From positions 64,001 to 128,000 of IMG/VR virus record IMGVR_UViG_3300021256_002629: a stretch of 64,000 nucleotides of DNA. The stretch is one strand, 5' to 3'. Below, piece after piece: positions 18,901 to 28,757 of this stretch. Under the pieces are notes generated by a model that saw nothing but the letters and a program-made list of their open reading frames with translations, was not told the DNA's origin and did no database searches. This DNA is from a virus (lineage: Duplodnaviria > Caudoviricetes). A program made the position numbers and the translations under genes. The number at the start of each line of letters is the position of its first letter. Within the stretch, counting starts at the first letter, position 1.

Positions 18901-21336
18901 CTAATGGTTGGATATTAGGAGTAGTAAAGAAAATGGTAAGAGTTTTAGATGATAATGGACGAAAGATAGAGCTTAGAAAATCATCTTGGTCAAGGTATCA
19001 TAAAAACTGGATATTAATAGAAGAATTTCTATCTGACTAATAGAAATTTACTAACCCCAACGACTATCCCGTAGAAGTCTCTTATAAGAGGCGGAGGGAG
19101 TACACTAGAAGTCTAGTGGAAATGCGGAACCCTAAGTAAGAAATTAGGTGAAGATATAGTCTCAACTATACAGAAATGTATAGCAGTTCATAAGAGAACG
19201 TATATAGAGTAACGACCTATATAGAAGAAATTGGATTTTGACGGCGATACTTGTGCTCTACAGTTAGTTCCAGAGGAGGCAGCTCAGGATACTTATGAAA
19301 AGATGAGCCCAAGATTTGTAAATGTTTATAAGAAAAACAATAAACCAATTTATCCTTTTAATCTTGAAACTTTAAATGGCTTAAACGTAGCTACTGAAGT
19401 TACTCCAGATGATCCTAAAGATATTGAAGAGCCTAGATATTTCTACAATGACTATGCAACCCTTTTGAAGGATGTAGAAGTTGAGAAGAAGATAAAGATA
19501 GGTACTCCAATTGTCTTTACTGGAAAATTAGGGGGAGTTGATTTTAAGGAAAAGAAAACTACTTACGGAAGATTGAGAATAAGCAAAATCCTAGAAACAG
19601 ATTTGGATAAGACTAAGATTCTTGACAGTCCTACAGAAGCTATTAGGGCTAAATCTGCCGGTAAGTTAAGTGAATGGATGAATGGTGATCCTAAGGGTGT
19701 TGAAAAGAGATTAGCACTTCAGAAATTTGCACTTCGAGCTGTAACACTTGCTGGAGTAGTAACCTTTGATTACAAGACCCTATTTGTAGATACTAACACA
19801 GATCTTTATAAAGAAATTTGTAAAATTGCTGATTCTAAGGATTACACAGATCAACAGAAGATTGCTATTCTTACTGAAAAATATGCAGCTTATGAGAAGG
19901 AGATTGAAAGCAAATTCTCAGAAGATCTTAAAGTTGAGTTGGATCGAGCTGGTAAGATTAAGCTGTCTTCTATCTCAGCTTTGAATATGCCACAGTTGAT
20001 TCTATCTGGTGTTGATGAGATTCCTATTATTACTAGAGGTTCACTTCTTCAGGGTTATAGTGAAAAAGATATGATTTACCACTCTGTAGAAAATAGAAGC
20101 CTTCAGTCTATTAAACAATCAGGTACTCCTACGTCAGGTTGGTTAACTCGTCAGATAACCTTCATTTTGAATAGTTTCGTTTATCATGAGGGTGTTGATG
20201 TAAATAATCCTGGTATCTTACTTCCAAGATATAAAGCTGGAGGTAGAACTGCACCAGACGGGACGTTATATCCAGAAAAGAATATAAAGGCTACTGCAGA
20301 GAGTGAGAATGATCTAGTTCCTGTTCGTTCAATTATTTCAAAGAATACTGGGGATTTGAGTACAGTAACTCCAGACCTCATTGGAACAAAATTTAAAGAC
20401 TTAACTGATGGAACTGCAATTGGCTTGTCTTTTGCAACTTCTCTTACCGAGGGTTCTACCCAGAGTGCATTAGGTTTGAAACATGGAGGTCATGAACGAA
20501 TATTGGACAAGAGTTTCTATTTAAAAGCTCCTGAAAAATGTGACTTTAGAGAAGAGGGTACTTGGCTTTACCTAAAATCAAAGAAAGGTGAGCTTAAATA
20601 TCCTAGACCTATAAATTTCGTTAATGTAGGGAAAGATAAATTTGAAAAGGGTGAAAGTGTTGGTGTAGCTTATCAAACAGTTTCTCCAATTTCACAGGTT
20701 AATACATTAATTGACTTTATAGGCGCACGTAGATCTGCTGGTTCACGTTATTATGAAAAGGACACCGTAATTATTTCAGACTGCTATGCATACGAAGATG
20801 GTGTTATCAACTATGTAGAGGAGGGTGGTTCAATAGTAGAAGTAAGGATTGGAAGTAAGTCTTACCAATACAATCCTAAATGTATATACTACTATCCTGA
20901 AGGCTCTCAAGTGAAGAAATTTGATAGAATCTGTTCTGGAGTGGTTAATATGAGCCGCGTGATTTCAGGTTTGGGTAATAATCTATCAGATATCTATCTA
21001 ATTTTTAGAAAGCAGTTTTTAACTATTTCAGATAAAGATTTCCAAAAGACTGGAGTTAGTTCTTTGTCTGGAACTCAGGAAGAACTTATAGAATTGTTAT
21101 TTAGAGGCCTTACTTTAATCGAGTATGACCCTAAGAAATTGGAGATTGAGTCAATTGAATATAAAGGATCTCAGAGAAGTATCACTAGTAGAAACTCATT
21201 CTTTACCGTATTGTCTTATGGTTATGGTAGCCAGGTTGTTAATAGAGCTATAAAAGGCGAAATTGAATTAACGGGTGATATCATGGCAGAAACAGTTCTT
21301 GGATTGCTCCTGAATAATAAGTTGGATGAAAAATAA
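15925..21336 (+). CDS. rpoC: Phage RNA polymerase beta' subunit, spliced: join(15925-17057,17908-18019,19234-21336), 1115 aa
   Basis: Zn ribbon CVCGK..CPNCG; splicing restores VLVNRQPTLH and PLNADFDGD; bridge helix TPTSGWLTRQ; trigger loop EGSTQSALGLKHGG. Confidence 0.9.
17058..17907 (+). mobile_element. Group I intron 1 in beta'
   Basis: Exon end cgtgcT pairs with IGS GGTACG (17085-17090); core motifs ttgctggaa, aatcagcag, tcaacgacta, aagatatagtct; terminal G17907. Confidence 0.9.
17224..17823 (+). CDS. Intron-encoded putative homing endonuclease (T5orf172/GIY-YIG-like)
   Basis: FLYLL..IKVGFSKDWERR; lies inside the intron core. Confidence 0.6.
   Translation: MITSNSNQYFNCNLSGTSSPFNRSEHMKQLHASGRYLGTSKIGIWNQSDEKRERMKEIRERNLLDKSSHGYGSEYHMRLANKTLLHNKFQGNDGFLYLLDFPDSIKVGFSKDWERRTSRELFHTYLGGKVILIISGPTSELADLEFDTMIEFQKYTKLDPTNTRYTEFLDKREKRKVYDFLLKSVQQNPNLKLEIKNSL
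18020..19233 (+). mobile_element. Group I intron 2 in beta', inside NA/DFDGD
   Basis: Exon end taacgcT pairs with GGTGTTA (18031-18037); motifs atgctggaa, aatcagcagg, caacgacta, aagatatagtct; terminal G19233. Confidence 0.9.
18157..19040 (+). pseudogene. GIY-YIG homing endonuclease with NUMOD3-like tail, frameshifted near 18635
   Basis: AVYIIY..KIYIGET in 18157-18675; KLKMSISH..PWNKG in the overlapping frame 18621-19040. Confidence 0.7.
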
Positions 21337-21703
21337 AATATTAAAACAAACAATTAAAACAGTTATGGGAACTATTAAAATTGAACTAGACTTACCAGAG
21401 TTTGATAATAATCTTGATATAAACATTTCTTTGAAAAAGGATAATGATGGGGTTATGAAAGTATGTCCTTCTTGGACTACTACGCCAATTCCTACTACTG
21501 ATCCTTATCCTTACGTTGACCCAAATATTACTGAACCTTATTGTAATAGTAACGAACATGTAACTATATCGGGTCCAGCAAGTGGCAATGTAACGGTTAC
21601 AATGGGAAATTCAGAATCAAATCCAATTGCTGAGTCTAAGAAAGCATCAACTACTGCTAAAAAGAAATCTAGCGGCAATTTGATGGAATCCGATCTGTTT
21701 TGA
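21326..21703 (+). CDS. Hypothetical protein (likely start 21365)
   Basis: ORF between RNAP subunit genes. Confidence 0.65.
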   Translation: MKNKILKQTIKTVMGTIKIELDLPEFDNNLDINISLKKDNDGVMKVCPSWTTTPIPTTDPYPYVDPNITEPYCNSNEHVTISGPASGNVTVTMGNSESNPIAESKKASTTAKKKSSGNLMESDLF

Positions 21704-22080
21704 AAACTTTTTTAAAAATGAAAGGTGTAAACGAAGATTATTATTATAAAATTTCAATATCCTATGAAGTTCCTTACAACATATTGGATAGTGAAGAACC
21801 TGCTGCAGTCCAAGCTAAAGAGACTCTGTATGAAAACTTGAAAACTATCATTCCTGAAAAGTATGAAAAGTTTTCTGCTAAGCTAGTTTTACATCAACTT
21901 AAAGATACTTACAATTATTTGGTTACTTATGATGCTTTTATTCGAGTTTCAGATGAACTTCCTATGGCCAGTTTAGTTGAAGCAAGAGAAGTAAGAGACA
22001 AAATAAAGGCGGAGCTAGAGGAATTCTTTAGCTCTGCTGATTGTGAGTATAAGCAAGTTAATATTAAAGCATTATTATAA
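21700..22080 (+). CDS. Hypothetical protein (likely start 21718)
   Basis: ORF between RNAP subunit genes. Confidence 0.7.
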   Translation: MKTFLKMKGVNEDYYYKISISYEVPYNILDSEEPAAVQAKETLYENLKTIIPEKYEKFSAKLVLHQLKDTYNYLVTYDAFIRVSDELPMASLVEAREVRDKIKAELEEFFSSADCEYKQVNIKALL

Positions 22081-22089
22081 ATTTAAAAG

Positions 22090-25000
22090 ATGAGTAATTT
22101 CAACGAATTCTTTAAATCAAGAGGAGCAAAATTACTGGTAGATAAATTCTTAAGCAATATTGATATTTATAGTAAAAATAAAATTACTTCATATACCTTC
22201 AATATTGAGGAAGAAAATTACCCTTTCTCTTACTATACCGAGAATGCACTTACTGCTACGTTTAAAGTAGTAATAAATTATATCTTGAATGGTGAAGAAG
22301 AAAAGGTAACCGAATTTGAAGTTCCTAGAGAGGTCGATGGAGTATTTATTATTGAAGGAAAATTTAGAATTCCTACCAATACTTTAGGGCCAGATTTTGA
22401 TATCCGCTTTAGAACTGTTGGAGCTGGAGACCACTTAATCATCTTTGATTACAATAGAAAATACCATATCTCTAAGAAGATTTTGCGTATTGAAAGAAGA
22501 GGTGATAGTGAGCTTACTCTAGTAGAACAGAGATTAGAGATAAAGTATGATAATATTGATAAAGTAGAAGGAGAGAAAAAGGAATTACTTAAGCTTACTC
22601 AAAGTCAATCCCAAAAACTTCAGATAAAACTGGATTTGGATTATCAGCCTGAATATATTACGACAGAACTGATAGATAAGTGTATAGAATTTGGCGATGA
22701 CCGAATGAAAGACTTGATTATCGACAAAACTATTGATACGGTTTCTACTAGTTTCGTAAAATTCATGATTAAGGGTGGTGCTGCAGGTCCTAGAAAGTTT
22801 ATTATGGCAAAAAGACAGTTATCCGATTCCATGATAAAACAAGGACAGCTAGCAAATGAATTAACCTGTATTACTAACTTGGCTAATAGATTCTTTAAAG
22901 GTTCTTCCGATAAAGAGGCTAAAGGAAAGCAAGGAGGTGATTCTAATTTGCAGGTTCCTCCAGGCATCAATGCAATAAATTTAGGATCATTAGGTGATAA
23001 AATCTCTATTCCAAAAACTGTTGCATATAATCCTACTTATTCGGATTTGATTGATTTGGCAGATACCCCGATAAATCAGAATACAAATTTACAGAACTCA
23101 CTTACTGTATCTACTCATATAACTGATAGCGGTGTTTTATTTGATGTTTATGATAAGAATTTCCAAAAGATCACTATTAAATATTTAGATTATCTTAATT
23201 TAAAAGTATGTTCTAGTGATTATGTAGATTACGATCATAAAAAGATAAAACCAAATGCTGATGGTCAGGTAGAGGTTAAGTACAGAATGAGGAGAAAAAT
23301 GGTAAATGCGAATGAAATAGATCTAATTGATTTACATCCTGATTATAGATTATCTTCTGTAACTAGAAATATTCCATTCGTCAATTCTACCGACTCTGTT
23401 CGTATTTCAATGGGTACTAGTATGCTTAAGCAGTCAATTCCTCTTGCTAATTCTCAAAGACCTTTAGTTGATACTGGTAGAAATGAGGAGTTGGCTAATA
23501 ACGTCTTGAATGAAAAATATGACGAAGAATCTGGTACAGTAACTTCTATAACTGAAGATAAAATTACTATTAAGAGCAAGTCAGGAAAAATTAGCGAATA
23601 TCTAAGAAAGACGGCAATTAAGTCTCAGAATGATGTGGCTGTATTTACCGAGCCTAAAGTTAAAGTAGGTCAGAAAGTTAAAAGAGGTGACATCATTACT
23701 GGAGAGATTGGTAATACTTTCGAAGCTTATAAATCCGGGGTTAATGCATTAGTCTTATTCCATGCTTATTTTGGTTTAGTTAATGAGGATGCTCTAGTAG
23801 TTTCTGAATCCTTAGCAAATAGGATGACTTCTTACAGTATAATCGATTACTCAATAAATATAACTGATCAAAAGTGTCTTAAATGGATTGCTCCTATAGG
23901 CACTAAAGTTAAGTCTAAAGATGCTATTGTTTCTTTATATCGTGCTGTCAGACTAGATAACGTGATTAAAGCTCTTAATGATAAACTTGGTGGTTTTTAT
24001 GGAGAATCTGATTTAAATACTGCTTGTACTGTTGAAGATCTTACTGTAGGAAATAATATAGATGAGGGTTATGTATCTGATGTAATGATACAATATAATG
24101 CTAATCCAATTATTTCAACAAAAGATAAAAAACCAGACTATACTTTTGCACTTAGCTCTCAAAAAGAGATTGATGATTATATGAGCGATTTCGATAAAAA
24201 GAGAAAGGTAATATATGATCAATTTCCGGAGTATGTAGCAGCAGATAGACTTCGCCCAATTAATATGAACCCAAGCGAGTTTAAGACCGTATATACAGTT
24301 CGTGTTAGGATTATTAAGAAAACTATAGCAATGATTGGTTCTAAAATTACCAATCGTTATGGTGGTAAAGGTGTGGTTTCTGCGGTTAAGCCTGATGAAC
24401 TTATGCCAATTATGGTAGAAAAATCAACTGGCAAACAATATCGTGTAGAAGCTATCATGAATCCTTACTCAACTATTAGCCGTAAAATCGCTGGTGTACT
24501 TTGGGAACAGGATTTAGGTAATATCGCACATAGACTTTACGATCTTGTTGATGAATATAAAAAGACTAAAACTGGACAGAAGAAAATCATGCCTTTGTTG
24601 GAAAAATATTATCCAGGAAGGTTTACTGATTTAACTGTTGAAGAGTTTATACATCTACATGAGACTAAGCCTATTGAAGAGAATTATCACTTTAGTGTAG
24701 GTTGCTATTCAGAATATACTGGAGAAAAAATTGAAAAGATGATGGAGGAATTAGGAGTTGATTCTAAATCCGATATATTAATGCCAGAGATTGAAATAGC
24801 AGACTTAGAAGAGCTGAAGGAAACCTTAAGTCCTGAGGAGTATAAGAAGACAGTAGATAACATGAAGGGTAAGTTTAGGAAAATAGAAAAGCCTCTTCAG
24901 TGTGGTTGGATGACCCTTGAAGAACTTTATCATATTCCAAGTTACTCTAATAAAGTTACTACTAGTTTATATGGTAATGGAATCAGTTTTAGAAAAGATC

Positions 25001-25275
25001 AACCAACCTTAGGAAGAGGTTTGTATCGTGAAACTGGACAGAAGATAGGCGAAATGGAGCTTTGGGCATTATTGTCACGAAATGCTAAACAATATATTCA
25101 AGCTGCTCGTGGTGAAACTGCTAAAGAAGATAACCAAAAATTCCTTAATAATTTGTTAGGCTTAGGTTTAACTATTAAAGATGATAAAGGATATAATCAA
25201 GGTGGTTCTGATTTCAAAGCTCAACTCGCTGGACTTAAAACTAAATTTAGACTTAAAACAACTCCTAAGATATGA
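22090..25275 (+). CDS. rpoB: Phage RNA polymerase beta subunit
   Basis: DSVRISMGTSMLKQS, NEDALVVSE, GSKITNRYGGKGVVS, GQKIGEMELWAL. Confidence 0.9.
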   Translation: MSNFNEFFKSRGAKLLVDKFLSNIDIYSKNKITSYTFNIEEENYPFSYYTENALTATFKVVINYILNGEEEKVTEFEVPREVDGVFIIEGKFRIPTNTLGPDFDIRFRTVGAGDHLIIFDYNRKYHISKKILRIERRGDSELTLVEQRLEIKYDNIDKVEGEKKELLKLTQSQSQKLQIKLDLDYQPEYITTELIDKCIEFGDDRMKDLIIDKTIDTVSTSFVKFMIKGGAAGPRKFIMAKRQLSDSMIKQGQLANELTCITNLANRFFKGSSDKEAKGKQGGDSNLQVPPGINAINLGSLGDKISIPKTVAYNPTYSDLIDLADTPINQNTNLQNSLTVSTHITDSGVLFDVYDKNFQKITIKYLDYLNLKVCSSDYVDYDHKKIKPNADGQVEVKYRMRRKMVNANEIDLIDLHPDYRLSSVTRNIPFVNSTDSVRISMGTSMLKQSIPLANSQRPLVDTGRNEELANNVLNEKYDEESGTVTSITEDKITIKSKSGKISEYLRKTAIKSQNDVAVFTEPKVKVGQKVKRGDIITGEIGNTFEAYKSGVNALVLFHAYFGLVNEDALVVSESLANRMTSYSIIDYSINITDQKCLKWIAPIGTKVKSKDAIVSLYRAVRLDNVIKALNDKLGGFYGESDLNTACTVEDLTVGNNIDEGYVSDVMIQYNANPIISTKDKKPDYTFALSSQKEIDDYMSDFDKKRKVIYDQFPEYVAADRLRPINMNPSEFKTVYTVRVRIIKKTIAMIGSKITNRYGGKGVVSAVKPDELMPIMVEKSTGKQYRVEAIMNPYSTISRKIAGVLWEQDLGNIAHRLYDLVDEYKKTKTGQKKIMPLLEKYYPGRFTDLTVEEFIHLHETKPIEENYHFSVGCYSEYTGEKIEKMMEELGVDSKSDILMPEIEIADLEELKETLSPEEYKKTVDNMKGKFRKIEKPLQCGWMTLEELYHIPSYSNKVTTSLYGNGISFRKDQPTLGRGLYRETGQKIGEMELWALLSRNAKQYIQAARGETAKEDNQKFLNNLLGLGLTIKDDKGYNQGGSDFKAQLAGLKTKFRLKTTPKI

Positions 25276-25919
25276 TGGAAAATAATAGCAGCTGCCTTCT
25301 ATGGGGTGTTGGATTATATACTCCAGTAGACTTAGGCAGTGTGTTTAGTATAAATGATTTGGAGGGAGAGGGTGTTCAACTTGACTCCCATATAACTGTA
25401 TTGTACGCAGGTGATAAACTTCTGCCTAGAGAATCAATGATGGAAGATATCTCAACTATTCTTGGCGAAGAAAAGTTCTCAGAATTTATTAGTTATTGTA
25501 AAGATGAGCAATTTAGAAATGTATTTGATCTTTTTGAATTGGACAAATTTAGCAATGACAGTGATTATGTAATTTTGAAACTTAAAAAGAATAATGAGTT
25601 CTTTGGGATATTAAATCTTTTAAATAAAGGTTTACGAACAAAGTATAGAGTTAGTTCTGATTTCGATGGGTATACTCCACACATCACACTTGCAGAATTG
25701 CGTAAGGGCGAGGCTAATAAATATTTGGCAACTCCAGAATTACATCAAATTCTAGCAGATAGTAAAGTGGATTTTGAAGATTTGATATTTTCAATACCTC
25801 AAGATGATGACTGGAAACAATTCTTTTTAACGAATTTTAAGAATGTCGATAGGTTTTTTAGAATTGAGGAACTGAAAAAGTACAATAAAGAGGTGCTTAA
25901 TTCTGAAGGGTTAATTTAA
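25272..25919 (+). CDS. 2H phosphoesterase, Acb1-like
   Basis: Two HxT motifs: SHITVLY and FDGYTPHITL. Confidence 0.7.
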   Translation: MMENNSSCLLWGVGLYTPVDLGSVFSINDLEGEGVQLDSHITVLYAGDKLLPRESMMEDISTILGEEKFSEFISYCKDEQFRNVFDLFELDKFSNDSDYVILKLKKNNEFFGILNLLNKGLRTKYRVSSDFDGYTPHITLAELRKGEANKYLATPELHQILADSKVDFEDLIFSIPQDDDWKQFFLTNFKNVDRFFRIEELKKYNKEVLNSEGLI

Positions 25920-26030
25920 TTAAACCTAAAAGAGTATAAATAAAATAGAGGGGAATTTAAATCCTCTCTATTTTTTGCTTCGTCTAAATGCTTTATATAT
26001 GATAGAATTAATAATTAAAACACAAATAAC

Positions 26031-26204
26031 ATGAAACAAGATTTAAAAGGAGAAGTAATTGTCAAAGATGAACTCAAAATTACGATAGAGTTGATCAACA
26101 ATGATGACACCAAAGTTGAACAAACAGCAATGGTAGTAAACCCATTCCAAGAGGTTATCGATTCTGATCAATCTTGGAAAGAAGATTTTGCCATAAGGCA
26201 TTAA
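26031..26204 (+). CDS. Small hypothetical protein (57 aa, MKQDLKGEV...)
   Basis: Read from sequence; promoter, leader and N-terminus shared with 33015. Confidence 0.55.
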   Translation: MKQDLKGEVIVKDELKITIELINNDDTKVEQTAMVVNPFQEVIDSDQSWKEDFAIRH

Positions 26205-26349
26205 TCAATCAATTCAATGGAGATATCTCAATTTAGAAAGGTATATAACTTTTAGAAAGTTTTTGCCTTTCTTTTTTGCTATTTTTCTGATTTTGCCTTA
26301 ATTTCTTATATATGATAACCGAATTCTAACAATTAAAAACACAAATAAA

Positions 26350-26781
26350 ATGAAAAAACGGTTCGTATTTGCAGAATTATGCAAAACTAATGATGTCTCT
26401 TTCTTCTTAGTTGATGAAATGCAGACAAAACTTGTAGGAAAATCAAGATGGCATGAAGGCGAGAAAAGAGTTGAAGATGCTAGAAAAGCAGGAATTGAAT
26501 TAAGTCTAGAGTATGTAGTAATACCTGCTGTAGTTATTAATTCTACAGAGTTTCCAGTTGAGGGAATAGTATCGAAAGATTGGGAAAGAGCTATTCTCCA
26601 ATTTGATTTAGAGGACGAAGGGTACGTACTTACTGATAGTTCTAAGTCCTCTTTTATGATCTATTCAAGAGAAGACGGCTTGGACTTATGTGACTCTGAA
26701 GAAAGTTTATCAGAATTTACGCCAGAAGAACTTGATGTTTTCCAAAATGTTTTAAAGGAATGGGTTAAAATTCATTCTTAA
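26350..26781 (+). CDS. Hypothetical protein
   Basis: 143-aa ORF with its own promoter and terminator. Confidence 0.7.
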   Translation: MKKRFVFAELCKTNDVSFFLVDEMQTKLVGKSRWHEGEKRVEDARKAGIELSLEYVVIPAVVINSTEFPVEGIVSKDWERAILQFDLEDEGYVLTDSSKSSFMIYSREDGLDLCDSEESLSEFTPEELDVFQNVLKEWVKIHS

Positions 26782-26908
26782 AATTATTAAAATCTTAGAA
26801 ATAACTTTAATTTCTAAGATTTTTTGTTTCGCCATGATCCCTTATGTATGATAATTAAGTAAAAACGAAAAAGGTGTATGATCTTATTGATAGAGAAAGG
26901 AGGATAGA

Positions 26909-27127
26909 ATGAAAAAGAGACAGATGATTAAACTAGCGAGTGCTGAGCAAAAAGGACCCTTTGGCAGAAGTTACGATGTTAGAATGTATTATAGGCTTAT
27001 CCATACATTAATACATAATAATTTTTTTGGAACAATAAATACTCTTCACCGACTTAGTGATGATAAATCATTTAGGTTGGCGTATAAACTTTATAAACTC
27101 TATCGTAAAAATAAAAAACGATCATGA
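26909..27127 (+). CDS. Hypothetical protein
   Basis: ORF in a coupled operon. Confidence 0.55.
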   Translation: MKKRQMIKLASAEQKGPFGRSYDVRMYYRLIHTLIHNNFFGTINTLHRLSDDKSFRLAYKLYKLYRKNKKRS

Positions 27128-27378
27128 TAGACAAATACGGAAATGATTGGTTTTGGCCTACTTTAATTTATGCGCTTGGTTGTTTGATTAATATTCTATT
27201 TTCAATCCCTAAAATAAAGTCTTTACATAAGGATGAGATGAATGATTTTAAATATTTTGACCCATCGAAATATGTTATTATATGTCTATGGCTTATAATT
27301 TCATCTTGGATTTGTGTAATTTATACTATTGTGGAAATTCTAATAGAATATTATAAATCTAAAAAAGAAAATAGATGA
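27124..27378 (+). CDS. Small two-TM membrane protein
   Basis: Paralog of 27375 (shared SSWI..EY.KSK). Confidence 0.65.
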   Translation: MIDKYGNDWFWPTLIYALGCLINILFSIPKIKSLHKDEMNDFKYFDPSKYVIICLWLIISSWICVIYTIVEILIEYYKSKKENR

Positions 27379-27665
27379 TGGATATTATTTGGTCAGGCTT
27401 GTTTTATATATTTGGCTGTGGATTTAGTACTCTACTTTCAGTGTGCAAATTTAAAGCTAAGATCGATAATAGTGAGGTTGATTTTGGTCAGACAGCAAAA
27501 TTCGCTTTAATATCAACTTTTACGATAATAGTCTATATGGTCTCATCTTGGATTGGTGTAGTTGACATTATTATAGACTCTACCATAGAATATTGTAAGT
27601 CCAAAACTAAAAATAAAAAGAGAAAGATCTCTGACGAGAAGATTTCAGGATGGTTTAAAAAATAA
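27375..27665 (+). CDS. Small two-TM membrane protein
   Basis: Paralog of 27124. Confidence 0.65.
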   Translation: MMDIIWSGLFYIFGCGFSTLLSVCKFKAKIDNSEVDFGQTAKFALISTFTIIVYMVSSWIGVVDIIIDSTIEYCKSKTKNKKRKISDEKISGWFKK

Positions 27666-27675
27666 AAACAAAACA

Positions 27676-27760
27676 ACGGAAAAGAATTATAAAACAGAAA
27701 AAGAAGGCAAGATGTTAAGAATTATCGCTCTTAAAGATTTCTTCGATGTCAAAAAAAAGA
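27676..27760 (+). pseudogene. 5' relic of a hexapeptide-repeat gene
   Basis: acgGAAAAGAATTATAAAACAGAAAAAGAAGGC.. matches the start of 30057 with ATG changed to ACG, then truncates. Confidence 0.7.
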
Positions 27761-27777
27761 AATAAAGAAGAATTAAT

Positions 27778-28026
27778 ATGATTATGACTTTAGGAAGGCT
27801 GATGGAACTTTACCAAGCAGAGCAGCAAGGTAAACAAATAATGGTGAGGGTTTTTGAGCATGGATACTACAAGTCTCGTGAATACATTTCAAAAATCAAT
27901 TTATTGGACGAAGAGCTAAAAAATTTAGTTCTTGAACGTGACGATGATACGACTTATACTTATACATATTTCATCAAGGATGAAGAAGATGAATATGGAA
28001 ATAAATTAAATCATAAAAATGAATAG
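27778..28026 (+). CDS. Hypothetical protein
   Basis: ORF track. Confidence 0.6.
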   Translation: MIMTLGRLMELYQAEQQGKQIMVRVFEHGYYKSREYISKINLLDEELKNLVLERDDDTTYTYTYFIKDEEDEYGNKLNHKNE

Positions 28027-28180
28027 AGAAGAAGTAAAAATCAAGTGTTTGGAGCTCGCTGTTGACTATATGAATCATCTGAAGCAACACCAAGACGCTT
28101 ATCACACAGAAGAGAGTGTAATAATAAAAATAGCCGAAAAATTCGAGAATTATATAACAAAAGAAGAAAAAGAAGATTAA
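28019..28180 (+). CDS. Small hypothetical protein (53 aa)
   Basis: Read from sequence, MNREEVKIKCLELA... Confidence 0.5.
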   Translation: MNREEVKIKCLELAVDYMNHLKQHQDAYHTEESVIIKIAEKFENYITKEEKED

Positions 28181-28192
28181 ATATAAAAAACA

Positions 28193-28405
28193 ATGAAAAA
28201 ATACAGAATTTTAAAACTAGAATACGATAATTATATTCATTATTGCATTCAGAAGAGATTTTTGTTCTTTTGGTGGATTAGCCTTGATTCTATTGGAAAT
28301 TATGTATCATCATATTGTATTCCTACATATTATGATTCTCTTGACGAGGCAATGAATGCAATCAAAAGGTTTAATCCAAAGAAAATAGTAGTTAAAGAAA
28401 TATGA
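28193..28405 (+). CDS. Hypothetical protein
   Basis: ORF track. Confidence 0.6.
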   Translation: MKKYRILKLEYDNYIHYCIQKRFLFFWWISLDSIGNYVSSYCIPTYYDSLDEAMNAIKRFNPKKIVVKEI

Positions 28406-28734
28406 AGAAATTTGAAGACCTTCAAGTTGGAGATGATATATATGTCGGGTTTGAAAAGAAAACTGTCACTAGAGTTAGACTAATAGATGACGACGACTAT
28501 CCTTATTCTGACGATATGTTAGTATACACAAGTAAAGATAAATATTATTTGGTTAAAAGTCACTTATCTTCTGATTTCTATTGTGACTCCCGTAATCCGG
28601 ATGAATGGATTTTTACGGAGAAAGATGCTATAATAGAGCATTTAACAAAAGAGCTAAGAGATTTAAAACTTGATTACGAAGACAATAAAGCTTTTTATGA
28701 AAAATGGCTTGAAAGAGCGAAAAACCTGGAATAA
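28402..28734 (+). CDS. Hypothetical protein (MKKFEDL.VGD family)
   Basis: Related to 32192 and 32506. Confidence 0.65.
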   Translation: MKKFEDLQVGDDIYVGFEKKTVTRVRLIDDDDYPYSDDMLVYTSKDKYYLVKSHLSSDFYCDSRNPDEWIFTEKDAIIEHLTKELRDLKLDYEDNKAFYEKWLERAKNLE

Positions 28735-28757
28735 AATATTAACTAATCTATACAATA

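Noticed and set aside
15925-21336. beta' as two separate genes (15925-17094 and TTG-start 19231-21336)
   Set aside because: Group I introns explain the breaks, and splicing restores continuous conserved motifs.
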